This document shows positions 38,723 to 48,960 of a DNA stretch of 64,000 bases, in pieces; position 1 is the stretch's first letter, and every line of letters begins with the position of its first letter. Below the pieces are notes generated by a model, which searched no databases, was not told the origin of the DNA, and saw only the letters and a program-made list of their open reading frames with translations. The stretch lies in contig JBEKSS010000007.1 in NCBI GenBank assembly GCA_049516875.1, positions 64,001 to 128,000 on the forward strand, given 5' to 3'. The stretch is from Candidatus Bathyarchaeia archaeon (GTDB lineage: Archaea; Thermoproteota; Bathyarchaeia; Bathyarchaeales; Bathycorpusculaceae). Both the position numbers and the translations under genes were made by a program.

Positions 38723-41700
38723 TGTTCAGGTTTTCTCCTCGTAAATCGCTTGGGATACAGAAATCTCAACCCCAACGCCAACAAAACCGTACCAACAATG
38801 GCGACCTCAAATCCCTGTTCAACATATCCAAGGCCGAGGTACGTTAAAGTATACTGGCCAGATTCGTTGACTTTGAATAAGGTTCCGTAGTTGAAAATGC
38901 ATATTTGAGCAGATGCCCCGTCCGGACCGGAGAGTTTCCAGTAACCGTTGCCTGCCTCTAGAAAAGCAAGGTAACCTGCCTTCGCATTGATCACATACTC
39001 AGAGCTTGATCGCATACTGTAGCTGGGAATTTCGGAGCCACTCGAGCTGCGGAACGACGATCCAACATTATTCCCACAACTGCTCAGTGTGGCCATATTA
39101 AATCTCGCGTCTCCAGTTTCAGCTTCAATGCTTATATTATGATAACCCTGTGACAAGATTAGGGGTCCAATGTCAACCTCGGTGGAGAAGTTGCCAGTTC
39201 TTCGACTTAACTTTACATCTTTGACAAGATTGTCAACATGAACTTTGACGGCTACGTCTTCATTAGGACTTTGGAACGTTAGGTTCAACATGTATGTGTT
39301 GTCATTAAACGCGTAGAATTTGGTTTCGACACTTGAGTTTGAAAGATCAATAAGCCTTCCATCGCTAGCCTCAGGATTTACGGTTAAAGCCGTTGAATTA
39401 TAATTCCATGCGTGGTCGTCAAAGAGGTAAACTATTTGTGCAGCGGACCCTTGAAGCAGGTTGGAAACGTTTTGCTCTACCTCATTAACGGTTTTCTCAG
39501 GAACTATTGCTATCTTTGAAATTGCGGCAGGACCGCCCAAATCGGAAATTTGGAGTTCACTTTGACGATTAAGGCTTGAGTTGCCGACATTTAACCACTC
39601 GTAGGAGCCGTCACTTGAACGTGTGGGGATAAAGACATAATCTGTAGCACTGCCTATTTTGAACCTTATACCTTGCGAGCCCGGCAGTCCATCATAGACT
39701 TGAGCAAGGATTCGATAATCACCTGATTCTTTAACGTTAAGAGGAATGGTAATACTGTTCGTGCCTGCCGTGTAGATATATCCATCTGGACTCACGTTTA
39801 GGCTACCGTTGAAAAGGTACCACACCAGATCTCCGCTAACCCACTGGTCCGTTGGGTTTGTTGAAACAGGGGCGTAGTCCCACGACTTTACGATATAGTT
39901 CTCACCTAGAGACGAAACAAGTAGACTCCAGTAGGGATCGCCTTGGAAGAAAATGTATTGTGAGCCATTGATCAAGGAGTCGGTCAAGCCAACGTTGTCG
40001 TCTAGGAAGGCGGCTGGGTATTGGTTAAAGTTAAAATTCATATTAGTTATGGATATTAATGATCCTCTGTCGCCTACGATAAGTGAAAGTCCATTAGCCT
40101 GATAGATGTTGGGGAGTTGGTTGGTGTTTTCGTAGACGAGAAGAGATGTAAAATTCTTTTCGAGTATGAGGCCATCCTGGTTTCCCCAGGCTGTAAGCGT
40201 ATTTGACAGAGTGAAAGCTGACAAGTCGCTACGGTCAGTGGGCATGTCAGCATCGAGCCTCAGTATGAGGTACTTTACGCCCAAGACGCTCAGGAGCTTA
40301 CCCCAATCGTTTGTTCGATTTGAGTAAAGCGTCGTGTAGGCCCAGCGAGTGAGGCTTGCCGATTGTGTTAGGTCTTCCTCGCTTTTTATCACTAGGGTAG
40401 GCTTGGCTTCGAGGGCCACAAGGGGGTCCTGGAACCATATAGGGGCCCAAGTGTAGGTGGTAGCCCAAACAGTTGGGGGGAAAAAGGCTATTCTAAAGTC
40501 GCCATTTTGAGATGTAAGCCAGCTGTCGAGTTCTTGGTAGGCTGCGGGGATTTGAACGGTACCTACAGTGCCAGCTATGTCTCCTGTAAGAAACTGCCAT
40601 GAAGACGCCAGAACAATTATCGAGATAAGCACTAGTGGCAGAGCTTTGCGTACAGTTGAGGAGCTTTTTGCTACGCAATGCTTGAACCCCTCCGCCGTCA
40701 ACCCGAGAAAGAAAGCCAGGGAGAGAGCTGAAAGCATGAAAAACTTATCCGCCTCTCTGAACATGCTGAAACCGGGAACATTATTAAAAAGCCAATAATA
40801 GATCGGTGTGAAAGGTTCAACTACCAATAAGGCGACGAAAAGGCTCAAGAATCCGAGTACAGCAAAGAAGAGAATCTGCTGACGTTCCGTCCTAATCAGG
40901 AATGAGGATGAATCCCCAGTCAAACCACTCTTCCACCACTGATGTAACTCGGTTGGCCCACTCTTGTTACGCAAGTGGAGTATTGAGAGTGCTAAAACCA
41001 TGAAGGCAACCAGTGCTGCTTGTGGAATTATCAATCCCGTAACGTCCGAAGGAGAAACAAATGCAGCAGCTTCCTCAGCCCTTGTTGAGTACACCGGAAG
41101 ATTCACCATTGCCAGTTGATAGAAGAAGGGAAAGGCCGCCACAAATGCAACGACTAATATGAGGCAAACTTGGACCCCTCTCATCATGATCCTCTTGGAT
41201 ATGCCAGTCCTTCCTGAAAATGCCAGGTCGAAGATCGCATACAACAGGGCAAACAAGATAAACATGTAGGCCACTTGAGGGCTGGCGTAAATCATCAAAG
41301 CTACAAGCAACCCACAAACTAACAAGCGTGTTCTGCCACCCTCCTTCATCACCTTAAGGAAAGAGAGGACGGCAAAGGGCAGAACCATATAGGCTAGCAG
41401 GATCGTGTTATGACCATACTCCCATCTTGCAAACGTAAAAGGGTTAAACATCATGCAGAGACCTGCTACGAAGCCTGCCGTCCTAGATCTAATTAGATAC
41501 TTGAAGACTAGATAAAAGCCGAACCCACCCAGCGCCATCAGAAGAACCAACAGAACCTTTTGGGCGAAAGCAACAGATCCAAAAGCTAGAGACAACCCAA
41601 TTAGAGGGAGATTATACACAGAATTCCCAACCAATCCAGTAAGAGGCGAGCCAAGATTATCCTTGTAATCCCATGGAAAATCGTAAGGACGGAACAGCTG

Positions 41701-41862
41701 ATCTAGCCTGTAAATGGGCGAGAGATCATGGAAGGCAACAGGATAGCTAGTGGCAAAAAAGTCTCTGAGACTAAACACTGCGATTACGAGGAAACCTACG
41801 AGAATTAGCAAGTCTACCTTGTGGTCACGCGTAATTCGAAAGTGTTCCATCATTGTATACAT
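38719..41862 (-). CDS. Multi-pass GT-C-like glycosyltransferase (AftD/DUF3367-like) with extracellular beta-sandwich domains
   Basis: AFHD after TM1, FNPF, PGFSMFREADKF, DFRIAFFP, LGVKYLILR; C-terminal TM. Confidence 0.7.
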   Translation of the reverse strand: MYTMMEHFRITRDHKVDLLILVGFLVIAVFSLRDFFATSYPVAFHDLSPIYRLDQLFRPYDFPWDYKDNLGSPLTGLVGNSVYNLPLIGLSLAFGSVAFAQKVLLVLLMALGGFGFYLVFKYLIRSRTAGFVAGLCMMFNPFTFARWEYGHNTILLAYMVLPFAVLSFLKVMKEGGRTRLLVCGLLVALMIYASPQVAYMFILFALLYAIFDLAFSGRTGISKRIMMRGVQVCLILVVAFVAAFPFFYQLAMVNLPVYSTRAEEAAAFVSPSDVTGLIIPQAALVAFMVLALSILHLRNKSGPTELHQWWKSGLTGDSSSFLIRTERQQILFFAVLGFLSLFVALLVVEPFTPIYYWLFNNVPGFSMFREADKFFMLSALSLAFFLGLTAEGFKHCVAKSSSTVRKALPLVLISIIVLASSWQFLTGDIAGTVGTVQIPAAYQELDSWLTSQNGDFRIAFFPPTVWATTYTWAPIWFQDPLVALEAKPTLVIKSEEDLTQSASLTRWAYTTLYSNRTNDWGKLLSVLGVKYLILRLDADMPTDRSDLSAFTLSNTLTAWGNQDGLILEKNFTSLLVYENTNQLPNIYQANGLSLIVGDRGSLISITNMNFNFNQYPAAFLDDNVGLTDSLINGSQYIFFQGDPYWSLLVSSLGENYIVKSWDYAPVSTNPTDQWVSGDLVWYLFNGSLNVSPDGYIYTAGTNSITIPLNVKESGDYRILAQVYDGLPGSQGIRFKIGSATDYVFIPTRSSDGSYEWLNVGNSSLNRQSELQISDLGGPAAISKIAIVPEKTVNEVEQNVSNLLQGSAAQIVYLFDDHAWNYNSTALTVNPEASDGRLIDLSNSSVETKFYAFNDNTYMLNLTFQSPNEDVAVKVHVDNLVKDVKLSRRTGNFSTEVDIGPLILSQGYHNISIEAETGDARFNMATLSSCGNNVGSSFRSSSGSEIPSYSMRSSSEYVINAKAGYLAFLEAGNGYWKLSGPDGASAQICIFNYGTLFKVNESGQYTLTYLGLGYVEQGFEVAIVGTVLLALGLRFLYPKRFTRRKPEH

Positions 41863-41906
41863 GCACGCTCGCAGGTGAAAAGGGGCAAAAGATCAACAAG
41901 CATTAA

Positions 41907-42737
41907 CTACTTCAGCCGCCTCGACAAGAACCCCAAGGCGCCGCTGAGGCTTTTCGCGGCAAACAAGAATAAACATCCTAAAAACACGCTTGGCGACTTG
42001 CCAGGATCTCTAAATGTCTGCACCATTGTAGACAGCGTGAGCCTGAACATTGAGGCAGTAGGAGCCATAGCTGAACTGTCTCTGAACGCAACTACAGACT
42101 GCCCATAAGAAAGGTACTTTCGCATCATGCTTTGAAGCGAATCATTTTCATAGTGGATGAGGCGCCTTTTGCACCAAGCATCTTTGAGTCCTCCTAACTT
42201 GAGCCGCTGATAGAGCTCTATGTCCTCCCACCATCGCAACTTATCGTTGAAAGGTGAAAAATGAACCAACGTTCTCCGCTCGTAGAACCTTGGGATTCCT
42301 CCCCGTGGTCCCCAAGCCCTCACCATACTGTTCTTCCATAGCACGGAACACTTACCCCAGAAATTGAGGCCGACGAAAACCTCAGGAATCTTCACAGCCT
42401 CGACCCCGCAAGTAGAGCACGTTAAAACGCAATCCTCAACTGCGCCACCGTCAAGTTGCTGATCCGAGTCTAAGAAGAGGACATAGCCTCCCTTCGAATG
42501 AGCTAGTCCTACATTCCTTGCGGCTGCTTGAGTTCCGCTGTGAACTATCACATTGGCGCCAAAAGTCTCAGCTATGCGCCGAGTTTCATCCTTGCTGTAA
42601 TTATCCACCACCAAGACCTCCTTGTATGGGTACTTCTGTCGCCTTATGGCTTCGAGGCATAGGGGCAGGCTCTTAGCGGAATTGTGTGTGGGGACGATTA
42701 CTGAAACATAGGCGTCTTCGGTGCTATCCAAAGGCAT
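41907..42737 (-). CDS. Glycosyltransferase family 2
   Basis: VSVIVPTHN, DNYSKD, FLDSD; ATG overlaps the upstream TGA (TGATG). Confidence 0.88.
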   Translation of the reverse strand: MPLDSTEDAYVSVIVPTHNSAKSLPLCLEAIRRQKYPYKEVLVVDNYSKDETRRIAETFGANVIVHSGTQAAARNVGLAHSKGGYVLFLDSDQQLDGGAVEDCVLTCSTCGVEAVKIPEVFVGLNFWGKCSVLWKNSMVRAWGPRGGIPRFYERRTLVHFSPFNDKLRWWEDIELYQRLKLGGLKDAWCKRRLIHYENDSLQSMMRKYLSYGQSVVAFRDSSAMAPTASMFRLTLSTMVQTFRDPGKSPSVFLGCLFLFAAKSLSGALGFLSRRLK

Positions 42738-43939
42738 CAAGAGTTCAGAAGCTCCAGATAAGCCTCTTCGTAAGCCTCTGCTACAATGCTCCAGCGTTCC
42801 TTTTGAGCAAACTTTAGATTCTGTTCGCACATCTTGGCGGCTATCTCCTTGTTGAAAAGAACCTGCAGGATCGCATCCTTCAACGCATCCACATCGCCGG
42901 GAGGCACCAGAATCGCGGAGGCGCCATCAGCCACAATCTCTCTGATTTCTGGCAGATCTGAGGACACAACAGGCTTACCAAAACCACAGGCAAGGTGAAA
43001 CACACCGCTCGTTCCTAGAGCGACTAAATATGGTGTCACCACCACTTTAGCCATACCGAAGACCCGAGATAGATCTTCCTCAGGTACGTAGCCCAGAAAG
43101 ACCACTTGCGGAGGCGCAGTTTTAACAAACTCGTCTAGGTAGCCTGGATAGTTTGGGTGGTCAGTACCCGCGATTACAAGTTGAACATCTTTTCTTTCTT
43201 TCATTAACTTTTCAAAGGCTTGTAACATGATTGGGAGCCCCTTGGACGGTCCCATATGACCGAACATCAACACCACCTTTTCCTCAGAATCTGTCGACAA
43301 GCAATCGCTTACTGAGCTGCCGTGAGGTATGTAAAGCACTCCTTGATGGTTATAGCGTTTCCTCAGATATTCCGCATATAACCTCACCATCACTACAACT
43401 CTTGAAGCCGAGAGAATTAGCTTGGTAGCCACAAGGATTCCTGTCTTGTTCGCCAAGCTGGGCTTTACCTTCGCTTTTTCCAGATCCATTGTCTCCCCCA
43501 AATTGTGCAATAGAACAACAACTCTAAAACGGCAGAGTCTGCATAGAAAAACTAATGACAAACCAGTTAAGTTGGCAAGCCTGCTCCTTCCGTAGCTCTG
43601 AAGGCCGACGCTGAAGTGAACCACATCCGGCTTCAGCTTCAGGATTTGAATCATCATACCGAGGATCGAGAGAGGACTGTCTTTCCTCCAAACCCTCAAG
43701 ACCTCAACCTTTGGATTCTCCCGCAACTTTCCTTTTGAACTGTCGATCTTATCGGCCAACAAGTTGAGCTTATAGATTGCCGGTCTATTCGCGAGTTCAG
43801 TTACCAAGTTCTTGGCGTACTCACTCAATCTAGCATGATTAGGCGGATAAGACGAGATGAAACAGACTCTCAAACCTGGCTTACCACCCGCGACGAACCT
43901 CGTGGTTGTGTATCCACTTTTGACTGTCTTGGTCAACAC
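42737..43939 (-). CDS. Glycosyltransferase family 4
   Basis: SSYPP..LSEY, FGHMGPSKG, TSGVFHLA..GKPVVSSD. Confidence 0.88.
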   Translation of the reverse strand: MLTKTVKSGYTTTRFVAGGKPGLRVCFISSYPPNHARLSEYAKNLVTELANRPAIYKLNLLADKIDSSKGKLRENPKVEVLRVWRKDSPLSILGMMIQILKLKPDVVHFSVGLQSYGRSRLANLTGLSLVFLCRLCRFRVVVLLHNLGETMDLEKAKVKPSLANKTGILVATKLILSASRVVVMVRLYAEYLRKRYNHQGVLYIPHGSSVSDCLSTDSEEKVVLMFGHMGPSKGLPIMLQAFEKLMKERKDVQLVIAGTDHPNYPGYLDEFVKTAPPQVVFLGYVPEEDLSRVFGMAKVVVTPYLVALGTSGVFHLACGFGKPVVSSDLPEIREIVADGASAILVPPGDVDALKDAILQVLFNKEIAAKMCEQNLKFAQKERWSIVAEAYEEAYLELLNS

Positions 43940-43940
43940 T

Positions 43941-44310
43941 TTAAGCCTTCGAAACGGAATTTGAAGCGAAGCTCAACCTGCGATTACCATCTGCATGGGC
44001 CGATATAGGTAAATGAAGGGTATTCAAAGAATGCTCTCGAGCCTCACAGGCTTCGTAGCCAAAACCATCGCAATCCCCCGGGAGTATGGTTACTGCGATT
44101 AGAGTTCCAACTAGAGTGGTGGAGATTAGTAATATGCTTTTTTCAGGCGAAAAGGATAGGATGAGTAAATTATAGTCGGCTAGACAGGCAGTCATCAGGA
44201 ACGGACTCATGAGTGCAACTTCTGCGTCAACAGCTTTCCCGCGGTGCTTCTTAAGAAGCTTTCCATACTTGAATGCCGCCTCCATGTAGCCTCTGTACCA
44301 GCGCGCACTC
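43941..44310 (-). pseudogene. C-terminal fragment of a processive-type GT2 (QxxRW region)
   Basis: Frame reads ..ARWYRGYMEAAFKYGKLLKK followed by a degenerate TM region; the catalytic N-terminal domain is missing. Confidence 0.6.
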
Positions 44311-44341
44311 CAGCATGTTTTTCTACGCTTCGAACCACAGT

Positions 44342-44767
44342 TTAGCTGTTAAGCTTCGTAATAGTTAAGTACCAAGCAAAATTGGCGTCGTTTACCCATT
44401 TCCGGGCGCCTTTGTTGCCCCAGTTTTGGGCTAACAGGCTGAGCTTGCGGGTAAGGGGAATGCCAATTTCTTTTATTCTATGCGCAAGTTTGCTTTGGAA
44501 AACTTCTTGCACCTTCCTCGCGATAGTAAGAATGCTCTTGACCAAGTTGTAGCTCCGGACATTATCGCTTACTATAATTGTTAGGTCAATAAGTGCCCTG
44601 TCTATCCTTCGCAGGACCGTGAACCATACGCCGCGGCGCATGGCTTTCTTCTTAAGCTTCGTTAGTTGTGTCTTATCAAGGAAGCCGAAAGTGCTAACTT
44701 GCGATGCATCCCCAAACACAGTTCCTAAACCTCCAGAGTCCCATGCAAGGATTATCATTTTTAACAT
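44342..44767 (-). CDS. Conserved hypothetical basic protein
   Basis: Intact ORF with KKKAMRRGVWF...LAQNWGNKGARKW pattern; real start possibly internal. Confidence 0.6.
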   Translation of the reverse strand: MLKMIILAWDSGGLGTVFGDASQVSTFGFLDKTQLTKLKKKAMRRGVWFTVLRRIDRALIDLTIIVSDNVRSYNLVKSILTIARKVQEVFQSKLAHRIKEIGIPLTRKLSLLAQNWGNKGARKWVNDANFAWYLTITKLNS

Positions 44768-45132
44768 GATATTAGACTAATAAAGGATTTGCGGTTGTGC
44801 TTTCCATTTTGATGAACTCAGTAACCCAAGCTAATGAGTCAACAGATATTGATGAAAAAGAGGTTTATCACTTTCGTTATCCCACTGCAGAGACTCAGGA
44901 AACTTTCACAAACAGGAAATTGGGAAAATCGAAACTCGCAAAAACGAAATCCTGAGCTTTCTACTGTGCACGCTGAGAACCCTACTAAAAGAGTCAGAGT
45001 AGCCCTAGCGCACGGCAGAGAGCGTACCTTCAGTCAGAATCAGCCCTCACAATCATCTTCGCAAAACAACCCTAGAATGCCAATAGGCTTTTCTATTTCA
45101 AACGCTCCTATCGAGCAGAAAGGATAGTAACC

Positions 45133-46218
45133 ATGAGCGAGCCATCGAATAACACCGCAGAAAAAACTTTGACGCAAGCTGATTTTGACCAGATAACAAA
45201 GCTAGTTTCATCAGAATTTCAGGTCAAGGAAGCCCTGATGGAACATGGGGTTCCAACATTCCATCTAGCACAACCACAGGAGACGAAGCAAGCTTTTCTC
45301 AAAGTTTTGAAGAACCTGGAACCGATGAATTTGATAGCTCTTCTGCGCAGAGAAGCCGGAAGAGTGGTTCTCAGAATTGTTCCAAAACCTCCGGTAAAGC
45401 CAAGTAACGTTCTGATAAACTGGGTCCTTTTTTTCGCCACCGTTGCGACCACCTTTGTAACTGGCTACCTGCTTTCGCCTGATGTAATCAACCCCCTGAT
45501 CGGAGGCGCCAGCTTCACGGTGGCCATGATGGCAGTGCTTGGCGTTCATGAGATGGGTCATAAAATAACTGCCAACAGAAAGGGTATTGACGCTACACTG
45601 CCATATTTCATTCCAGGGCCGCCGCCGTTGGGAACCTTCGGAGCAGTGATCATGCAGAAGTCTCTTCCTGCAAACAAAGACGCGCTGTTCGATATTGGAG
45701 CGGACGGTCCTATCGCAGGGTTCATAGTGGCAACCATCGTCAGCACTATTGGGTTAACGCTCTTGGTTCCTTCGCCTCACATTGAAGGGGCAACTCCAAT
45801 AAGCGTGCCAATAGCATGGAATATTCTTGAAAGATTCTTGCGAAGCTTGAACCTGTTTCCGAGTGCTCCGCCAAGTTGGGATCTGCTTTTGCATCCTGTT
45901 GCCTTTGCTGGTTGGGTGGGAATGCTCGTCACAACGCTTAACCTGCTACCTGCTGCCATGTTGGACGGTGGTCACGTAGCACGATCTGTGCTCGGTGAAA
46001 ATCTTGGCCTGAGACTTGTGCTTGCCCTGCTGTCAATTGCGTATTTGGTAATTGAGAGGTTCATTCCAATGGCTTTTCTGGTGCTCTTCATGCTGTTCTT
46101 CAGGCATCCGGGTCCACTGGATGACGTCTCCAGCCTGTCAACCAGCAGGAAACTGTCGGCACTCGGTCTCGTAGCGATATTTATCTTGTGCGCGGTGCCG
46201 CTTTCGCCGATTTTTTAG
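45133..46218 (+). CDS. Site-2 protease (M50 family)
   Basis: HEMGH, GTFGAVI, NLLPAAMLDGGH. Confidence 0.92.
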   Translation: MSEPSNNTAEKTLTQADFDQITKLVSSEFQVKEALMEHGVPTFHLAQPQETKQAFLKVLKNLEPMNLIALLRREAGRVVLRIVPKPPVKPSNVLINWVLFFATVATTFVTGYLLSPDVINPLIGGASFTVAMMAVLGVHEMGHKITANRKGIDATLPYFIPGPPPLGTFGAVIMQKSLPANKDALFDIGADGPIAGFIVATIVSTIGLTLLVPSPHIEGATPISVPIAWNILERFLRSLNLFPSAPPSWDLLLHPVAFAGWVGMLVTTLNLLPAAMLDGGHVARSVLGENLGLRLVLALLSIAYLVIERFIPMAFLVLFMLFFRHPGPLDDVSSLSTSRKLSALGLVAIFILCAVPLSPIF

Positions 46219-46332
46219 GTATTTCTAATCTGTATTTTTGTTGCACATGAAAACAACAAGGTTTATTAAATATTACGAGACCCTTGAATTCAGTCTGAAA
46301 GAAACAAACGTGCAAGACCTCTTAAGGTAGGG

Positions 46333-46563
46333 TTGATAATGAGAATGGCGCCGATTCTGGTGATTTTCTTCTTGATGTTTACTGTTTCGTCTCTGTTGGC
46401 CCCGTTTCCAATGTTTCCGGGCAACTTGCTGTGTTTCTCGATCGGACCGGCTATAAGCGAGTACACCCTGTATTTGAGTGCCACTTTCAACGGTCTTTTC
46501 TACGGTGTTTTGGTCTGGTTGGTCTTTGCGGGAATAAGTAGGAAACTTGAACAAGAAGGCTAG
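46333..46563 (+). CDS. Small hydrophobic membrane protein
   Basis: Two TM helices, FPMFPG, NGLFYG; TATA-like tttattaa at 46262. Confidence 0.55.
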   Translation: MIMRMAPILVIFFLMFTVSSLLAPFPMFPGNLLCFSIGPAISEYTLYLSATFNGLFYGVLVWLVFAGISRKLEQEG

Positions 46564-46580
46564 ACGCTGTGATTGAGAGT

Positions 46581-46829
46581 TCAAGCTTGTGGTTGTGACA
46601 AGAAGCCCACAAGCTTAATAGTGGTTCTGCACTTCTTGCAGGTTAATACTAGTTCTTCCAGATCGTCACCGTTGACTTTGGTCTGAACGATTTCGTATGT
46701 AGTGTCTGATTCGTCGTCTGGAGATATAACAGATCCGCATTTGGGGCATGGAAAAGCTCCGTCTCCATCTATCTTCGTCAGATCAATCGTGTAAACCATG
46801 TTTTTATTAACAGCGGCTTTCTTCATCAT
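46581..46829 (-). CDS. Small Zn-ribbon protein
   Basis: CPKC...CKKC pairs. Confidence 0.75.
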   Translation of the reverse strand: MMKKAAVNKNMVYTIDLTKIDGDGAFPCPKCGSVISPDDESDTTYEIVQTKVNGDDLEELVLTCKKCRTTIKLVGFLSQPQA

Positions 46830-46890
46830 TCCGTAAGCACACCTTTTTTCATTCTTGTGTCCATGGTTGCTCTTGAGTATATTAACGATT

Positions 46891-46919
46891 ATGAATCAGT
46901 AATATGAATCAGTAATATG
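46891..46919. promoter_or_regulatory. 13-bp tandem duplication in AT-rich promoter region
   Basis: atgaatcagtaat x2, next to TATA-like sequences upstream of the Zn-ribbon gene. Confidence 0.5.
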
Positions 46920-47334
46920 TATATTGCTAATATATTTAGGCCTGCCGAGAAGAACTGCTAGAAGTGTTGAGCGAAGCAATAAGCAAGTAAGCATAAGAAC
47001 GTTCAGCAAAAGTTATGAACCACAGGTCTGGCGAGATAAAACAGACCTGTAGAGCATGTGTATGCGCGAGCCATCTTCATCAAACTACGAGGACAGCGCG
47101 CGGACATTACTCTGTTCTGGTCATGGCGTTCGGTGCAGGATGGGCAGACCAATCGAAACATGGAAGTCCAGGTTCAGCGGGCACTTTTTTTGGTTTTATG
47201 TCATCTACCTGGTGTATGACTGCCTACTTTATGATTTATTAACTGCTTCTGTGTCTACCTAATATTCGAAACTTTGAGAAAGGTTACATGCGAATGTGGG
47301 CAAATTGGGATAGAACCATTGGGCGTGCGTCAAT

Positions 47335-48696
47335 TTGGAAGAATTTGATGTTTTAGTTGTTGGTGCTGGAACAGCTGGGTGCTTGGCAGCAAAGACAACT
47401 GCTGAAGCGGGTTTGAGGGTCTGCTTGGTGGAGAGAAAGAAAAGCGAGGAGATTGGAGAGAAAGTCTGCGGCGACGCGTTGGGTGAGCATCATCTGAAAG
47501 CTTTGGGTTTGGAGAAGCCGCAGGGCGGTGAACTGGAGAAACGAATCGAAGGTATCAGAATATTTTCACCCGACTTACAGACCGTTTTTACCATTGAACA
47601 CGAGGATTTCGTCGGTTACCTGCTGAACAGACGTCTCTTTGGACAATGGCTGTTGAGAAAAGCGCTTGATGAAGGTTCAATCCTTCTGGATTCAACACAA
47701 TGTCTGGAGCCGATTGTTGAGAAGCATTTTGTGGCAGGGGTCGTGGTGAAAAACCTGAAAACTGGCGAAGATGTTCGATTGAGGAGCAAAGTGGTTGTGG
47801 ATGCGAGTGGATTTTTGGCCGTGGTTAGGAAAAAGCTCCCGGGAGAGATCGGCATCGAAAACAACGTTGCAAACGAGGATGTTGAAGCGTGCTACCGTGA
47901 AATCCGGCAGCTCAAGCAGGAGACTGAGAATACAAAGTACTGCGAAATCTATCTGAATCAGGAGGTGACTCCGGGAGGCTACGCGTGGATATTTCCAAAA
48001 GGCGGGGCAAGAGTTAACGCTGGCTTGGGGATCTGTATGCGTGCAAAGTTTCCAAACCCTAAAAACCAGTTTTACAAGCACGTTTTGGCCAGATCCATGT
48101 TCGAAGGATCGTTGCTTCTGAACGGAGGCGCGTGGTACGACCCTACACGCAGGCCTCTGGATAACATGGTGGGCGACGGCGTGGCCATAATTGGCGACGC
48201 AGCATGCTTGGTCAACCCGATTCACGGGGGAGGCATAGGTCCATCAATGCTGAGCGGCCACCTTGCCGGCAAAACCATCGTTGAAGCCTTCAACAAGGGT
48301 GATTTCAGCAGGAAAGCACTGTGGCCTTACAACTGCAGGTATAAGGAAATGTACGGTGCAAAACAGGCTGGACTGGACATTTTCCGTTTGCTCCTCCTGA
48401 AGAGTCGTGACGAAGACCTGAACTATGGAATGAACTATCAGCTTCTAAAAGAAGAAGACGTGCTGAAAGCCGGTATGGGCGAAGACTTCCATTTGAACAT
48501 CACCGAAACTGCAAAACGAGTTTTCAAAGGACTCAAGAGAATAAGATTCCTTAACATGCTCCGCCTCACGGTGAACATGATGAAACAAGTCAAGGCTCAC
48601 TATGGAAGTTATCCTGAAACTCCAGAAAACTTTGAAGAGTGGCGTTTGCAGACTGTGGCTCTGTTTGAAGAAGCCAACTCAAGAATCGTAAAGTGA
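47335..48696 (+). CDS. Digeranylgeranylglycerophospholipid reductase (geranylgeranyl reductase family)
   Basis: VVGAGTAG FAD motif, KVCGD, YAWIFPK, GDAA..VNPIHGGGI. Confidence 0.9.
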   Translation: MEEFDVLVVGAGTAGCLAAKTTAEAGLRVCLVERKKSEEIGEKVCGDALGEHHLKALGLEKPQGGELEKRIEGIRIFSPDLQTVFTIEHEDFVGYLLNRRLFGQWLLRKALDEGSILLDSTQCLEPIVEKHFVAGVVVKNLKTGEDVRLRSKVVVDASGFLAVVRKKLPGEIGIENNVANEDVEACYREIRQLKQETENTKYCEIYLNQEVTPGGYAWIFPKGGARVNAGLGICMRAKFPNPKNQFYKHVLARSMFEGSLLLNGGAWYDPTRRPLDNMVGDGVAIIGDAACLVNPIHGGGIGPSMLSGHLAGKTIVEAFNKGDFSRKALWPYNCRYKEMYGAKQAGLDIFRLLLLKSRDEDLNYGMNYQLLKEEDVLKAGMGEDFHLNITETAKRVFKGLKRIRFLNMLRLTVNMMKQVKAHYGSYPETPENFEEWRLQTVALFEEANSRIVK

Positions 48697-48731
48697 ACCC
48701 CCTGAACCTGTGTCTCATCGATATTTGACAA

Positions 48732-48960
48732 GGACACATCTGTCCGCAACGAGTTCAGCCCTTCTTGTGACTGAATGACAGGTGCGTGCATCGCTGTATC
48801 GCTGAAGAGGAAGATCCCCTGACGTAACGAGGCTACGCCTGGCGTTCTGGGAGTCAAGGGAAGGTGCAGTCTGGAAAGGTTTATTTTGCTGCTTGATGCT
48901 ATGATTCAAAGCTGCTCGCGGATAGATGTCCGCAGGGATGTGGCCGTGAAGGCTGAACTA
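48732..48960 (+). ncRNA. Structured RNA leader of rpl15e (candidate eL15 ribosomal leader)
   Basis: 12-bp helix 48736-47/48918-29 and 9-bp helix 48752-60/48951-59; ends ~25 nt before the rpl15e start. Confidence 0.55.

Noticed and set aside
44834-45127. 97-aa ORF upstream of the site-2 protease
   Set aside because: Low-complexity translation in a divergent promoter region
48695-48940. TPP riboswitch (aaccccctgaacctg ... cgcagggatg)
   Set aside because: No upstream GGG...CTGAGA pyrimidine-sensing arm, the spacing is far too long, and the downstream gene is ribosomal
48800-48960. RNase P RNA, SRP RNA or hammerhead ribozyme (gaggaagatcc, ctgaagag)
   Set aside because: No matching CR-V/P4 3' strand, no SRP helix-8 motif, and no GAAA core at hammerhead spacing
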